Source of the DNA: Clostridia bacterium
Lineage (GTDB): Bacteria > Bacillota > Clostridia > Oscillospirales > QAKW01
Length of the DNA: 64,000 nt
Reading direction: 5' to 3'
NCBI GenBank assembly: GCA_017560905.1
Contig: JAFZEA010000023.1
Span: forward strand, 8,718 to 72,717
Below are positions 54,904 through 63,954 of the stretch, in pieces (position 1 is the first letter of the stretch; each line of letters starts with the position of its first letter). The notes below the pieces were generated by a model. It had not been told where the DNA came from and made no database searches. It was given only the letters and a program-made list of their open reading frames with translations. Both the position numbers and the translations under genes were made by a program.

Positions 54904-55032
54904 ATGCTGGCAGAGGGGAAGGACCTCAGAACCGCCGTACGGCAAGCCACGGCAGCGGCAGGCATCAGCGTAACGCGTCGTTATGCCGCTTCCTCTATCC
55001 CTACCAAAAAAGATGTTGAAAGGAATTTGTGA
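54904..55032 (+). pseudogene. C-terminal fragment of a PfkB/ribokinase-family kinase gene
   Basis: MLAEGKDLRTAVRQATAAAGISVTRRYAASSIPTKKDVERNL* matches the ribokinase C-terminus pattern (A..A.AAAA.SVTR.GA..S.PT..EV). Its TGA (55030-32) overlaps the next gene's ATG (55032). Confidence 0.55.
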
Positions 55033-55475
55033 TGTATCAGTTGCTTTGTGAACAGCTGCGCGCTCTGACAGATAGACCCTATCCCATTGCCAACCTTGCC
55101 AATGCGGCTGCTCTCTTATATCATACGATGGATCAGATCAACTGGGCGGGGTTTTATCTTCTGGAGGGAGATAAACTCATTCTGGGACCGTTTCAGGGCA
55201 AGAGTGCGTGTGTTGAGATTCCTTTGGGCAAAGGGGTCTGCGGCACCGCCGCTGTGAGAGATCAGACTGTAGTGGTGGAGGACGTGCATCTTTTTGAGGG
55301 GCACATTGCTTGTGACTGTGCCTCTGCTTCGGAGATCGTTATTCCCTTGCACAAGGACGGTAAGCTTATTGGCGTACTGGATATAGATTCGCCGGTCAAA
55401 AATCGCTTTTCACCGTCAGACAGACTGGGACTGGAACAGTTTGCTGAAATTTTAGAAAATACCAAAATCAAATAA
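55032..55475 (+). CDS. msrC: GAF-domain free methionine-(R)-sulfoxide reductase
   Basis: NWAGFYL..LILGPFQGK.ACVEIPLGKGVCG.AA and GHIACD..S.SEIVIPL motifs. Confidence 0.85.
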   Translation: MYQLLCEQLRALTDRPYPIANLANAAALLYHTMDQINWAGFYLLEGDKLILGPFQGKSACVEIPLGKGVCGTAAVRDQTVVVEDVHLFEGHIACDCASASEIVIPLHKDGKLIGVLDIDSPVKNRFSPSDRLGLEQFAEILENTKIK

Positions 55476-55515
55476 AAAAGTGGCGCACTTTTTAAAAGTG
55501 CGCCACGATGTTTTA
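55475..55515. terminator. Bidirectional terminator
   Basis: gtggcgcac (55480-88) pairs with gtgcgccac (55498-506), with flanking A/T runs. Confidence 0.85.
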
Positions 55516-56391
55516 TTGAGCTTTTTCTATTCTCGAGTACCAGAACACACCGCCCAAAATGAACAGTGCGCCCAATATTTGGAGAGGAGAGGGAATCTCT
55601 GCAAACAGAAATACCGCCAGCAGGGCGGCCACCACCGGCTCGAGCAGCTTGGCCGCTGAAATAAAAGAGGGGGAAAAGAATTTCAGGCACCAACTGAAAA
55701 TGCTGTGTCCCAGCAAGGTGGAAAAAGCCGAAAGCAGCAGTCCCACGATAACGGGGCTGATGCCATAGCCAAACAGGTGTGTATCCTGTGCCACACATAA
55801 AATCAAAAGAGAGAGCGCACAGGCACTGTACACCAGATAGGTATATACCGTGGTGGAGGCTTTTTTACGTACCTCTCTGCCGAGCAACATATAGACCGCA
55901 ACAGCAATGGCAGAGGCCAGTGAAAGCGCATCTCCCAACAGGTGCGCTTCGCTTGTCGAATCGGCAAAGGCGATGATAACGCTCCCGATAAAGGCTATGG
56001 CAATGGCAAGGCCTGCCTTTATGGTGATCTTACCCTTTAAAAACAAGCAGTAGCCGATGGACACCCAGATGACCTCTGTGCATACCAGCGCCGTTGAGCT
56101 TGCTACTGAGGTGTGCTGTAACGACTCAAACCACAGCACGAAATGTGCCGCCAGAAAGATGCCGCTGACAATGCTCAGTATTACGGTTTTACTTCCGCAA
56201 GAAAAGAGCTCTGTTCGTATATTCTTTTTGCCCCAGACGGCAGGACTCATCAACAGTACCGTCCATATAAGGCGGGAGGCGGCGGTCACGGCGGAGGGGG
56301 CGGCGGAATACTTGACAAGAATGGCCGACAGTCCGATGCCAAGCACACCGATGACGATCATTATAAGTGGGTGTTTTTTAAAATATTTCAT
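55513..56391 (-). CDS. EamA/DMT-family transporter
   Basis: 292 aa, 10 TM, with a duplicated EamA-like pattern. Confidence 0.85.
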   Translation of the reverse strand: MKYFKKHPLIMIVIGVLGIGLSAILVKYSAAPSAVTAASRLIWTVLLMSPAVWGKKNIRTELFSCGSKTVILSIVSGIFLAAHFVLWFESLQHTSVASSTALVCTEVIWVSIGYCLFLKGKITIKAGLAIAIAFIGSVIIAFADSTSEAHLLGDALSLASAIAVAVYMLLGREVRKKASTTVYTYLVYSACALSLLILCVAQDTHLFGYGISPVIVGLLLSAFSTLLGHSIFSWCLKFFSPSFISAAKLLEPVVAALLAVFLFAEIPSPLQILGALFILGGVFWYSRIEKAQ

Positions 56392-56475
56392 AATCTACCT
56401 CTTTTCGGTCAGTGGCATTATAACATACATTTTTCTCGCATGCAATGGCAAAGAGAAGTAGTTTTAAAATAATAC

Positions 56476-56504
56476 TTGATATATATTAGATTATATGTTA
56501 TACT
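56476..56504 (+). promoter_or_regulatory. sigma-A promoter for the ACP-MBOAT cassette
   Basis: TTGATA (56476-81), a 17-nt spacer, then TATACT (56499-504). Confidence 0.6.
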
Positions 56505-56568
56505 GACTAATTGTATAAGAACTTGCAAAAGAAAATGACTTTAAAACTGTAGAAGGAGAAGAAATACT

Positions 56569-56799
56569 ATGGATAAAATTTTGGAGATTTTGAAATCTAT
56601 AAGAGATGATGTGGATTTTGAAAACGAAACATTGTTGATCGATGGAGGTATTTTGGATAGCTTTGATATCGTATCGATCGTAGCAGAATTGTGTGCAGAA
56701 TACGATATAACCATTACCGCAGATATGTTGGAACCCAAGAATTTTAACAGCGCTGCGGCTATGTTGGCTTTGGTAGAGAGCATTTTAGACGAGGAATAA
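56569..56799 (+). CDS. acyl/D-alanyl carrier protein (DltC-like)
   Basis: 76 aa. GGILDSFDIVSIVAEL carries the phosphopantetheine Ser in a DltC-like GIIDSF context. Confidence 0.85.
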   Translation: MDKILEILKSIRDDVDFENETLLIDGGILDSFDIVSIVAELCAEYDITITADMLEPKNFNSAAAMLALVESILDEE

Positions 56800-56835
56800 A
56801 ATTGTAACAGCGCAGAAACAGAAAGGAAAAGGGAA

Positions 56836-58449
56836 ATGTCTTTTACTTCATTTAATTTTTTTCTTTTTTTATTTGGCGTTATTCTCGTGTATTATCTTGT
56901 GCCGAAGAAACTGCAATGGGCCGTTCTTTTGATCGCCAGCTACGGTTTTTATCTCAGCACCGGAACAGATAACCTTGCCTACATAATATTTACAACATTA
57001 TTTACTTATTGCGCCGGAAGATTTATGCAGAGGCAACGCAATAAGAGTCAAAAGAAAATACTCGACATGGGCGAGGATGTCAGCCGAGAGAAAAAGCGAG
57101 AGATTAAAAAGATTACCGCACAAAAGGTGCGTACCATACAGATCGTAACTGCTCTGATCAATCTGGGCGTATTGGTGTTTGTAAAAACGGCCGGTTTTTT
57201 CACGGCAAACATAAACCAGTTTTTTGACTTTTTCCAATGGAATGCCTCTGTCCCGGTGGTTAATATAATTGCACCGTTGGGTCTTTCTTACTACACTTTC
57301 AATTCTATCGGTTATCTGATCGACGTGGGTCGCGGCAAGATTGAGGCAGAAAAGCATCTGGGTAAGTTCGCATTATTTGTATCTTTTTTTCCTTCCATTG
57401 TTCAAGGCCCGCTGTTCCGTTATGGCGATGTAGGTCAGCAACTGCAACAACCCCATAAGTTAGAGTACAATAATCTTAAATTTGGTGCACAACTTATTCT
57501 TTGGGGCTGCTTTAAAAAGTTGGTTATTGCCGACAGAGTCAGTGCGATCGCATCTGCAATATTTTCCTCGGATTTTGTTTCGGGCGAATTCAACGGCGCA
57601 CAGGTGTTTTTTGGAGTTTTGGCGTATTCCTTCCAGATTTACGGCGACTTTTCGGGCGGCACCGATATCACGAGAGGTGTGGCACAGATGTTGGGCATAG
57701 ACCTGCCGGTGAACTTCGAACAGCCCTTTTTTGCCACCTCCATGGCAGACTTTTGGCGTAGGTGGCATATGTCACTTGGTGCATGGATGAGGGAGTTTGT
57801 GTTTTTCCCCGTTATGCTGTGCAAGCCGGTTACCGCTCTCAGTAAAAGCTTTCGTAATCGATTTGGAAGCCATGCCGGCAAAATGGTCCCCTCTGTTGTG
57901 GCCCCGATGGTGGTGTTTTTCCTGATTGGTATTTGGCACGGAATATCGTGGCAGTACATTGTCAACGGATTATATAATGCCATTATTATTTCTTCAAGTG
58001 TAGCGCTGGCACCGGTGTATGTTAAGTTGGCAGAAAAACTGCGAGTCAATACAGAGGCATTTAGTTTTCGTTTGTTCCAGATATTGCGAACCTTCTGTGT
58101 TTTGTGCATATCACGTATCATTGTTAAAGCACCCAGCCTGTGGGACGCTATGCGTATGATCCGCTCGCTGTTCCGTCCATGGGATATGGATTTCTTTTTG
58201 GGCAACAATGGAGAAATTTTTTCCTACGGTGTAAATGAAAAGCAGATGTTTGTCCTGTTTATTTCGATATTGGTGCTGCTGGTGGTAGGCATCCTGAGAG
58301 AGGGCGGCATGAAGATAAGAGAAACGCTGGACAAACAGAATTTGATTTTCCGTTGGGGCATGGTATTGCTTTTATTTGTATTTGTTTTGATCTTCGGTAT
58401 TTACGGTCCCGGCTATGATGCCAGTGATTTTATTTATGGTCAATTCTAA
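56836..58449 (+). CDS. MBOAT-family membrane O-acyltransferase (AlgI/DltB-like)
   Basis: FWRRWHMSLGAWMREFVFFP and the invariant His region GIWHG. 537 aa, polytopic. Confidence 0.9.
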   Translation: MSFTSFNFFLFLFGVILVYYLVPKKLQWAVLLIASYGFYLSTGTDNLAYIIFTTLFTYCAGRFMQRQRNKSQKKILDMGEDVSREKKREIKKITAQKVRTIQIVTALINLGVLVFVKTAGFFTANINQFFDFFQWNASVPVVNIIAPLGLSYYTFNSIGYLIDVGRGKIEAEKHLGKFALFVSFFPSIVQGPLFRYGDVGQQLQQPHKLEYNNLKFGAQLILWGCFKKLVIADRVSAIASAIFSSDFVSGEFNGAQVFFGVLAYSFQIYGDFSGGTDITRGVAQMLGIDLPVNFEQPFFATSMADFWRRWHMSLGAWMREFVFFPVMLCKPVTALSKSFRNRFGSHAGKMVPSVVAPMVVFFLIGIWHGISWQYIVNGLYNAIIISSSVALAPVYVKLAEKLRVNTEAFSFRLFQILRTFCVLCISRIIVKAPSLWDAMRMIRSLFRPWDMDFFLGNNGEIFSYGVNEKQMFVLFISILVLLVVGILREGGMKIRETLDKQNLIFRWGMVLLLFVFVLIFGIYGPGYDASDFIYGQF

Positions 58450-58466
58450 ATTAAAGGAGAAGGCAT

Positions 58467-59546
58467 ATGACTAAAAAACAGATTGGCCGTTGTTGTGCGT
58501 TTGTTTTAGTGGTTTGTTTGCTTCTGGTTTTTTTGAGCGACCTGTTTGAGCTGGAAAACACCACAAATTATGACAAGAGATTTTATACATACAGAACGCT
58601 GGAGTCAAACACAGTGGATGCCATTGTTATCGGCACAAGCGGTATAGATCGCTACTATGTGGCACCCAAAGCGTTTGAAGAGCACGGATTATCGGTGTAT
58701 ACATTAAGCACAGATGCCATGCCCTCCTGGCTGTATATCGATGTGATTGAATATGCCTGCAGAAAGCAGGATCTCAAGCTGGTTGTTGTTGATATGCGCG
58801 CCTTCAGGCAGAATAACACAAAATCTGTTACCGTTGATGCACGTGGCAGACGCGTGATCGATGCGATGGATTTCTTTTCTCTTTCCCGCACCAAAGCGGC
58901 TTTTAAAACCATGGAAGTCATGCATGCGGTTTCCGATGAAAATCCCCGCTTTGACCTTTCCTATCTGCTGCCTTATATTAAATTCCACAGCAAATGGGAA
59001 GAGGAGTATTCCATTGCCAATAATCTGGGAAGCAAGGAACATCTTTACGGCGGCTTTTTTATGAGCTCCAGGAAAAGCCTTAAGAAGCAAGAACAAAGCC
59101 CGCTTGTATATGATAATGACGTTTATGAGGATCTGGATCCTATCGCAGAGGAGTCTTTGTATGAGCTTTTGGACTATGCGGAGAAGAAGGGGCTGGAGTT
59201 GTTATTTGTAGACACCCCTCATTATAAAGACGATTCCGAAATGGCCCGTTCCAATACGCTGCAAAAGATTTTAAAAGAGCGAGGAATGAATTACGTCAAT
59301 TATTGCCAAACTAACGAAAACGGTGATTTCCTGTATGATTTAAACCTCGATCATAATAACGATTTTTACAACGATGCCCATGTTAACTACTATGGTGCAG
59401 AGAAATTTACAGATGTTTTTGCAAGATATCTTGTTGAAAATTACGACCTTCCTGATCGCAGACAAGATGAAGCCGCACAAAAATATTGGAACGGCATTTA
59501 TGCAAAAATCAAAAGAGATATTGAAAAATGGGAAAAGGACGCATAG
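58467..59546 (+). CDS. membrane-anchored accessory protein, DltD/SGNH-like (unassigned)
   Basis: N-terminal TM anchor. VIGTSGIDRY is a possible nucleophile block and NDAHVNYYGAEKF is a D..H block as in DltD/AlgJ-type proteins. Confidence 0.5.
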   Translation: MTKKQIGRCCAFVLVVCLLLVFLSDLFELENTTNYDKRFYTYRTLESNTVDAIVIGTSGIDRYYVAPKAFEEHGLSVYTLSTDAMPSWLYIDVIEYACRKQDLKLVVVDMRAFRQNNTKSVTVDARGRRVIDAMDFFSLSRTKAAFKTMEVMHAVSDENPRFDLSYLLPYIKFHSKWEEEYSIANNLGSKEHLYGGFFMSSRKSLKKQEQSPLVYDNDVYEDLDPIAEESLYELLDYAEKKGLELLFVDTPHYKDDSEMARSNTLQKILKERGMNYVNYCQTNENGDFLYDLNLDHNNDFYNDAHVNYYGAEKFTDVFARYLVENYDLPDRRQDEAAQKYWNGIYAKIKRDIEKWEKDA

Positions 59547-59579
59547 TTCATACCATTTGGTCGGCAATAGGAGGAAATT

Positions 59580-61058
59580 ATGTTAGGTTCAATTGCACTG
59601 ATGATTCAAAAGTTTGCAAAAGAAACGCCGGATAAAGTTGCGATTGTCGTAGGTAATGAGAGTTGCACATATGGGCAGTTGGCAGAATGCAACAGAAAGG
59701 CCGCCTTATACCTTAGCCAAAACGGCATACAGGCGGGGGATCGGGTTATAGTGGAATCAGATCATATTCTCCCGTATATATATGTGTGGTACGGTATTCA
59801 ATTATTGGGAGCGACCTTTGTACCTCTTGAAAAAGGAACGCCCAGCAATCGCGTGCGGGAGATCGCTTCGGAACTGAGCGTCTCTGCAGTTATTACGCTT
59901 ACCTCAAGAGAAGACTATGCTCAGGCATGGAATCTTCAGGATTTAATATCTCGTATTATGGAAACGGAAGATGGTTTTTCTGTGGATGACGTCAACAGCG
60001 AAAACTTATCTGAAATTTTGTTTACCACAGGAACCACAGGAAAATCCAAGGGTGTTATGGTTTCCTATGCAAATCAAATTAATATTGCTATGGCGGGTAT
60101 TGAATCTACCAATATCCAATCGGACAATATTTGGTTAATACCCACACCCATGAATCATGCGGCGGGCTTGAGAAAGGTTCATATTGCCATGGCCGTGGGA
60201 AGTACGGTTGTGCTTTTAGAAGGCTTTAGAAATTTCAAGGTGCTTTTTCAAACCATTCATGAGCACAAAGTCACATCTTTGTATTTGCCGCCTATGGCAA
60301 TCCATATGTTGTTGGCGATTGCCTCTCAGGAACTTGCCGCTTTGAATGACCAGTTAAGGTTTATTTATTCGAGCTCTTCGGCCTATCCTGAAACTGATAA
60401 AGAAAAGATGCGTAAGCTCATGCCGGATGTTTGTATGTACAACTGTTATGGCGGATCGGAAGTTGGGGTCGTTTGTACCGATGAGTTTTGCGTTTCGGGA
60501 GGCTCGGTTTATCCCGGCAGCGTGGGAAAACCCAATTCGCTGTGCAGCATTTTCATCATTGATGAGAATGACAATGTAATTGAAAACTCCTCTGCTGATA
60601 ATCCCGGCTTGATTGCCATTCGCAGTAAATCTGTAACTCAGGGTTATTGGGATGAGCCGGAGCAAACCGCCAAGGCATTTCGTAACGGTATGCTTGTAAT
60701 GAGCGATTTGGGCTATTTTGCTCCGAATGGTGAGCTGATCCTGGTGGGACGCAGCAACGATACGATTAATTTAGGCGGCTTTAAGGTGGCGCCTTTGGAG
60801 GTTGAGGAAGTGGTTATGCGCGTGCCCTGTGTGGACGAGTGTATGCTGATTCCCATATCCAGAGGGGGCAATACCGCTTTGAAATTACTTGTCGTGTTAA
60901 AAGAAGGTATGACGTTGGATGAAACGGCGATCCGTCAAATCATCGCTGATACCTTGGAACCATACAAACAGCCTAAAAAAATCCAAGTGATCGATGAAAT
61001 TATCCGCACCTTTAATGGTAAAATCGATCGCAAACAAATGATTGCCAAATATTCGTAA
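59580..61058 (+). CDS. ANL-superfamily adenylating enzyme (DltA-like carrier-protein ligase)
   Basis: AMP-binding core LFTTGTTGKSKGV, plus the GD.G and GK motifs (FNGKIDRKQ). Confidence 0.88.
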   Translation: MLGSIALMIQKFAKETPDKVAIVVGNESCTYGQLAECNRKAALYLSQNGIQAGDRVIVESDHILPYIYVWYGIQLLGATFVPLEKGTPSNRVREIASELSVSAVITLTSREDYAQAWNLQDLISRIMETEDGFSVDDVNSENLSEILFTTGTTGKSKGVMVSYANQINIAMAGIESTNIQSDNIWLIPTPMNHAAGLRKVHIAMAVGSTVVLLEGFRNFKVLFQTIHEHKVTSLYLPPMAIHMLLAIASQELAALNDQLRFIYSSSSAYPETDKEKMRKLMPDVCMYNCYGGSEVGVVCTDEFCVSGGSVYPGSVGKPNSLCSIFIIDENDNVIENSSADNPGLIAIRSKSVTQGYWDEPEQTAKAFRNGMLVMSDLGYFAPNGELILVGRSNDTINLGGFKVAPLEVEEVVMRVPCVDECMLIPISRGGNTALKLLVVLKEGMTLDETAIRQIIADTLEPYKQPKKIQVIDEIIRTFNGKIDRKQMIAKYS

Positions 61059-61059
61059 G

Positions 61060-61100
61060 AAAACCGCTCGACGTGCTTCGGCACGATCGAGCGGTTTTTT
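61060..61100 (+). terminator. Rho-independent terminator
   Basis: aaaaccgctcga..cgtgcttcggcacg..tcgagcggtttt followed by tttgtg. Confidence 0.9.
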
Positions 61101-61138
61101 GTGTTGACTTTGGCAGAGCAGGGGACTGGTTTGTACGG

Positions 61139-62038
61139 TCAATGTGTTTCTTTTAATAAGTTGATGGCGTATTGGGCATATTGAGAAAGATATTGTCCGC
61201 GGCGGGTAACAATAGCGGGTTGACGGGAGTATAAACTGTTTTTTATTTTGAAAAATGCAACATTACCGTTTAATGTTGAGTGGAAAAGGGGGTGTAAGGG
61301 CATGAGAGCACATCCCACTCCGGAGTATACCATGGACCAAGCGGTAGTAACAGTAGATACCTCTGCAGCAATATGCGGAGTGAATCCTGCGGTGCTGCAA
61401 AAGTTGTCTAATAATTGCCGAAGCTCGTGCCCTTGTCCAAGTGTTACAAAAGGTAGCTTTCTTGCTGCAACAAAATCAAGCTCGTCTGTTGTGGCATCTA
61501 CGCCTTGAATTAAATCACGCATGGAATCCGGAACAGCCAGTACCAGTGTATCGTGTGCCAGAGGAATTGCATCCATCAGTGATATATCAACGGGTAAATT
61601 TATGATGGCAAAATCCACTTTGCCTTCCGCTGCATCCTTTCGGAGCTGTACGCTGGGCACCTCATGGAGCGTTACCTTTATTCCCGGAAAGGTTTCCCGC
61701 ATTTTTTTAATCAGATCGGGAGCTAAATGCAGACTGCGAAAAGGCGTGACCCCAATGGTCAGCTGTCCCATTTCGCTTGAATCAAACTGGCAAAGTACCT
61801 TACGTAGTTGTTCTTCACGGAAGGTCAGCTCACGTGCGTTGTGGATAAAATATTCACCGGCAGGGGTCAGGGACAATGGGCTGCGATTTCGGTTAAATAA
61901 TACGACGCCGAGATCTCTCTCTAAATTCTGAATTTGTTTGCTTAGAGCAGATTGAGAGATACCGAGTTGTTCTGCTGCTTTGGAAAAATTTAGTGTTTCT
62001 GACAGAACAAGGGCATATTGAACCTGCTTTATATTCAT
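61139..62038 (-). CDS. LysR-family transcriptional regulator
   Basis: The N-terminal HTH is MNIKQVQYALVLSETLNFSKAAEQLGISQSALSKQIQNLE. 299 aa. Confidence 0.92.
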   Translation of the reverse strand: MNIKQVQYALVLSETLNFSKAAEQLGISQSALSKQIQNLERDLGVVLFNRNRSPLSLTPAGEYFIHNARELTFREEQLRKVLCQFDSSEMGQLTIGVTPFRSLHLAPDLIKKMRETFPGIKVTLHEVPSVQLRKDAAEGKVDFAIINLPVDISLMDAIPLAHDTLVLAVPDSMRDLIQGVDATTDELDFVAARKLPFVTLGQGHELRQLLDNFCSTAGFTPHIAAEVSTVTTAWSMVYSGVGCALMPLHPLFHSTLNGNVAFFKIKNSLYSRQPAIVTRRGQYLSQYAQYAINLLKETH

Positions 62039-62131
62039 ATTTGGACCGCCTCTCTATCCCACAAGATGTAGTATATTTATAATACATCTTTCATTGTGAA
62101 AAAGCAACATTATATTTTAAAAGAAATTCTA

Positions 62132-62160
62132 TTGACAAAGCATAATAATCTTGTTATGAT
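62132..62160 (+). promoter_or_regulatory. sigma-A promoter for the permease gene, divergent from the LysR gene
   Basis: TTGACA (62132-37), a 17-nt spacer, then TATGAT (62155-60). Confidence 0.55.
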
Positions 62161-62214
62161 ATTTCTGAAAAGGAATAGAATCTATTACAATTTAGAATGA
62201 AAGGAGTTTTTGCT

Positions 62215-63579
62215 ATGGAAGCATTATTGTATTTAGGCATACTGTTGGCAATCATTTGTGTATGGTTTCTGGCGTTTAAGCGACCGGTTTATGAGGCAGT
62301 TCTTCTGGCCTTTGTTGTGTTGCTCTTTGTGACCGGAACCTGGGGCAATGTTTTGTCCTATATCGATGAGGGTCTGTCGACCTCATTGTTATACTCAATG
62401 GTGGCCTTTGTTGCTATGTCCATTTTGCTGACAAAAACAAAAATTGTCGACAGCTGTATCGCTGTCATCTTATCGCTGATAGGTCGTATCCGTGGTGGTG
62501 CAGGATATACGGCTGTTGTAGCCAGCTCCTTTATGGGTGCGCTGTCCGGCTCCGGCCCCGGCAACGTAATGGCCACCGGAACCCTGACCATTCTGGCTAT
62601 GAAGCGCACCGGTTTTCCTGCTGAATTGGCCGCTAACATTGAGTCCAATGCCAGTTATATGGGGAATATGATTCCTCCATCCTCCAATATTGTGGCGGCA
62701 ATGGCCGCTTTCACAACATTTGCTTCAGGTGCCGGCATTGCTGATGTAACGCAGGGACAGTTCTGGATTGCATTGTGGGGAATTTCGGCCTGGTTTATCG
62801 CGCAGCGCCTGATTATGGTGTGGGCTTTTTGTAAATATTATAAGGTAAAGCCTATGAGCAAGGAGGAACTTCCCGATCTGAAGCAAACCTTAAAGGCCGG
62901 TTGGCAGGCTTTGTTATTACCGCTTGTCATCCTGCTTCCTTTTGTCTTGGATGCTATTTTTGCAGACAACTTTTTTGTGGCTCGTCTGGGAGAAACGGGT
63001 GCCGGTTACCTGTCAAAGTCGGTACTGTTGTTTGTTGCAGGAATCTCGGCTTTGTACGCATGCCTGATCGTGAAGGACAAGTCTACCATCACCCCCGGCA
63101 AGATTGCAAAGATGTTTGCCGATGGTATTAAAACGATTGCCCCTGCGATCGGGGTTTGTGTATTTGGCTATATGATCGGTGCCATGTTTGAGGATTTGAA
63201 TGTGGCCAAATCGCTTGGTGAATTGATCACCACCTGGAACTTTGGAAAGCTTGGTATGATTTTGGCCATCTGTGCGATCACCCTCGTTATGGGCATGGTG
63301 GTTCCCGGTTCCTCACAAATTGTTATTTTTGGGCCCATGTTTATCACCCTGCTGTCCAATGTCGGTGTTAATCCTCTCTTGGCAGCCGCCATGTTGCCTT
63401 GCATTTGCGGTGTTATGTGCGGCATCACACCGCCCTTGGGTCTGGGCATGTATGCGGGTATGACCATTGCAGAGTCGGATTTTAGCAAAACCTTTAAAAA
63501 CAATCTTTGGTGGGTCAGTGCACAGTTTATTTTACAGGTTTTGGTTTTGATGGGTTTGCTGCCCATATTTGGATTGTAA
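62215..63579 (+). CDS. DctM-like (TRAP large-subunit family) permease
   Basis: GGAGYTAVVASSFMGALSGSGPGNVMATG...MIPPSSNIV resembles the DctM signature. About 12 TM. ATG 62215 follows aaaggag. Confidence 0.7.
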   Translation: MEALLYLGILLAIICVWFLAFKRPVYEAVLLAFVVLLFVTGTWGNVLSYIDEGLSTSLLYSMVAFVAMSILLTKTKIVDSCIAVILSLIGRIRGGAGYTAVVASSFMGALSGSGPGNVMATGTLTILAMKRTGFPAELAANIESNASYMGNMIPPSSNIVAAMAAFTTFASGAGIADVTQGQFWIALWGISAWFIAQRLIMVWAFCKYYKVKPMSKEELPDLKQTLKAGWQALLLPLVILLPFVLDAIFADNFFVARLGETGAGYLSKSVLLFVAGISALYACLIVKDKSTITPGKIAKMFADGIKTIAPAIGVCVFGYMIGAMFEDLNVAKSLGELITTWNFGKLGMILAICAITLVMGMVVPGSSQIVIFGPMFITLLSNVGVNPLLAAAMLPCICGVMCGITPPLGLGMYAGMTIAESDFSKTFKNNLWWVSAQFILQVLVLMGLLPIFGL

Positions 63580-63592
63580 GGGGGAAGCTCGC

Positions 63593-63871
63593 ATGAAAAG
63601 AATTTGCAAAAAGATTTCGGATGTGCTGAAGACAGTTTTCGGTTATGGGATCATGATTTCCTTATTTGCCGGCGGACTGACATTCTTTGGTTATGTAGCT
63701 GCTCTTTTGATCGGCGGAGAGATTGCCGCCGCTATTTGTACGGTGATCTACAAGCATATCATCCCGGTTATTATCTACTTGGCTGTTATTATGGTGTTGC
63801 TTGGTCTGCTGGCTATGTATTTGGCAGGGGAAAAAGCACTGACACCCGAAAAAAAGAAAGCACAAAAGTAA
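63593..63871 (+). CDS. small membrane protein (92 aa, 2-3 TM)
   Basis: RBS aaggggga precedes ATG 63593. It lies 13 nt after the permease gene, with hydrophobic helices and a basic C-terminus. Confidence 0.55.
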   Translation: MKRICKKISDVLKTVFGYGIMISLFAGGLTFFGYVAALLIGGEIAAAICTVIYKHIIPVIIYLAVIMVLLGLLAMYLAGEKALTPEKKKAQK

Positions 63872-63916
63872 CAAGGAGAGCTGTAAGCATCCTTTTAGAC
63901 AATAAAATCGACCCTC

Positions 63917-63954
63917 GGGCTGTCTTTCTATCTAAAGAGAGGCAGCCCTTTTTT
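63917..63954 (+). terminator. Rho-independent terminator
   Basis: gggctgtctttc (63917-28) pairs with gagaggcagccc (63937-48), including G-U pairs, followed by tttttt. Confidence 0.75.

Noticed and set aside
54729-55019. 96-aa ORF listed in the track
   Set aside because: It is a composite reading across two unrelated gene remnants in different frames. The translation after about residue 55 is Arg/Ser/Gly-rich junk. It is better described as pseudogene debris.
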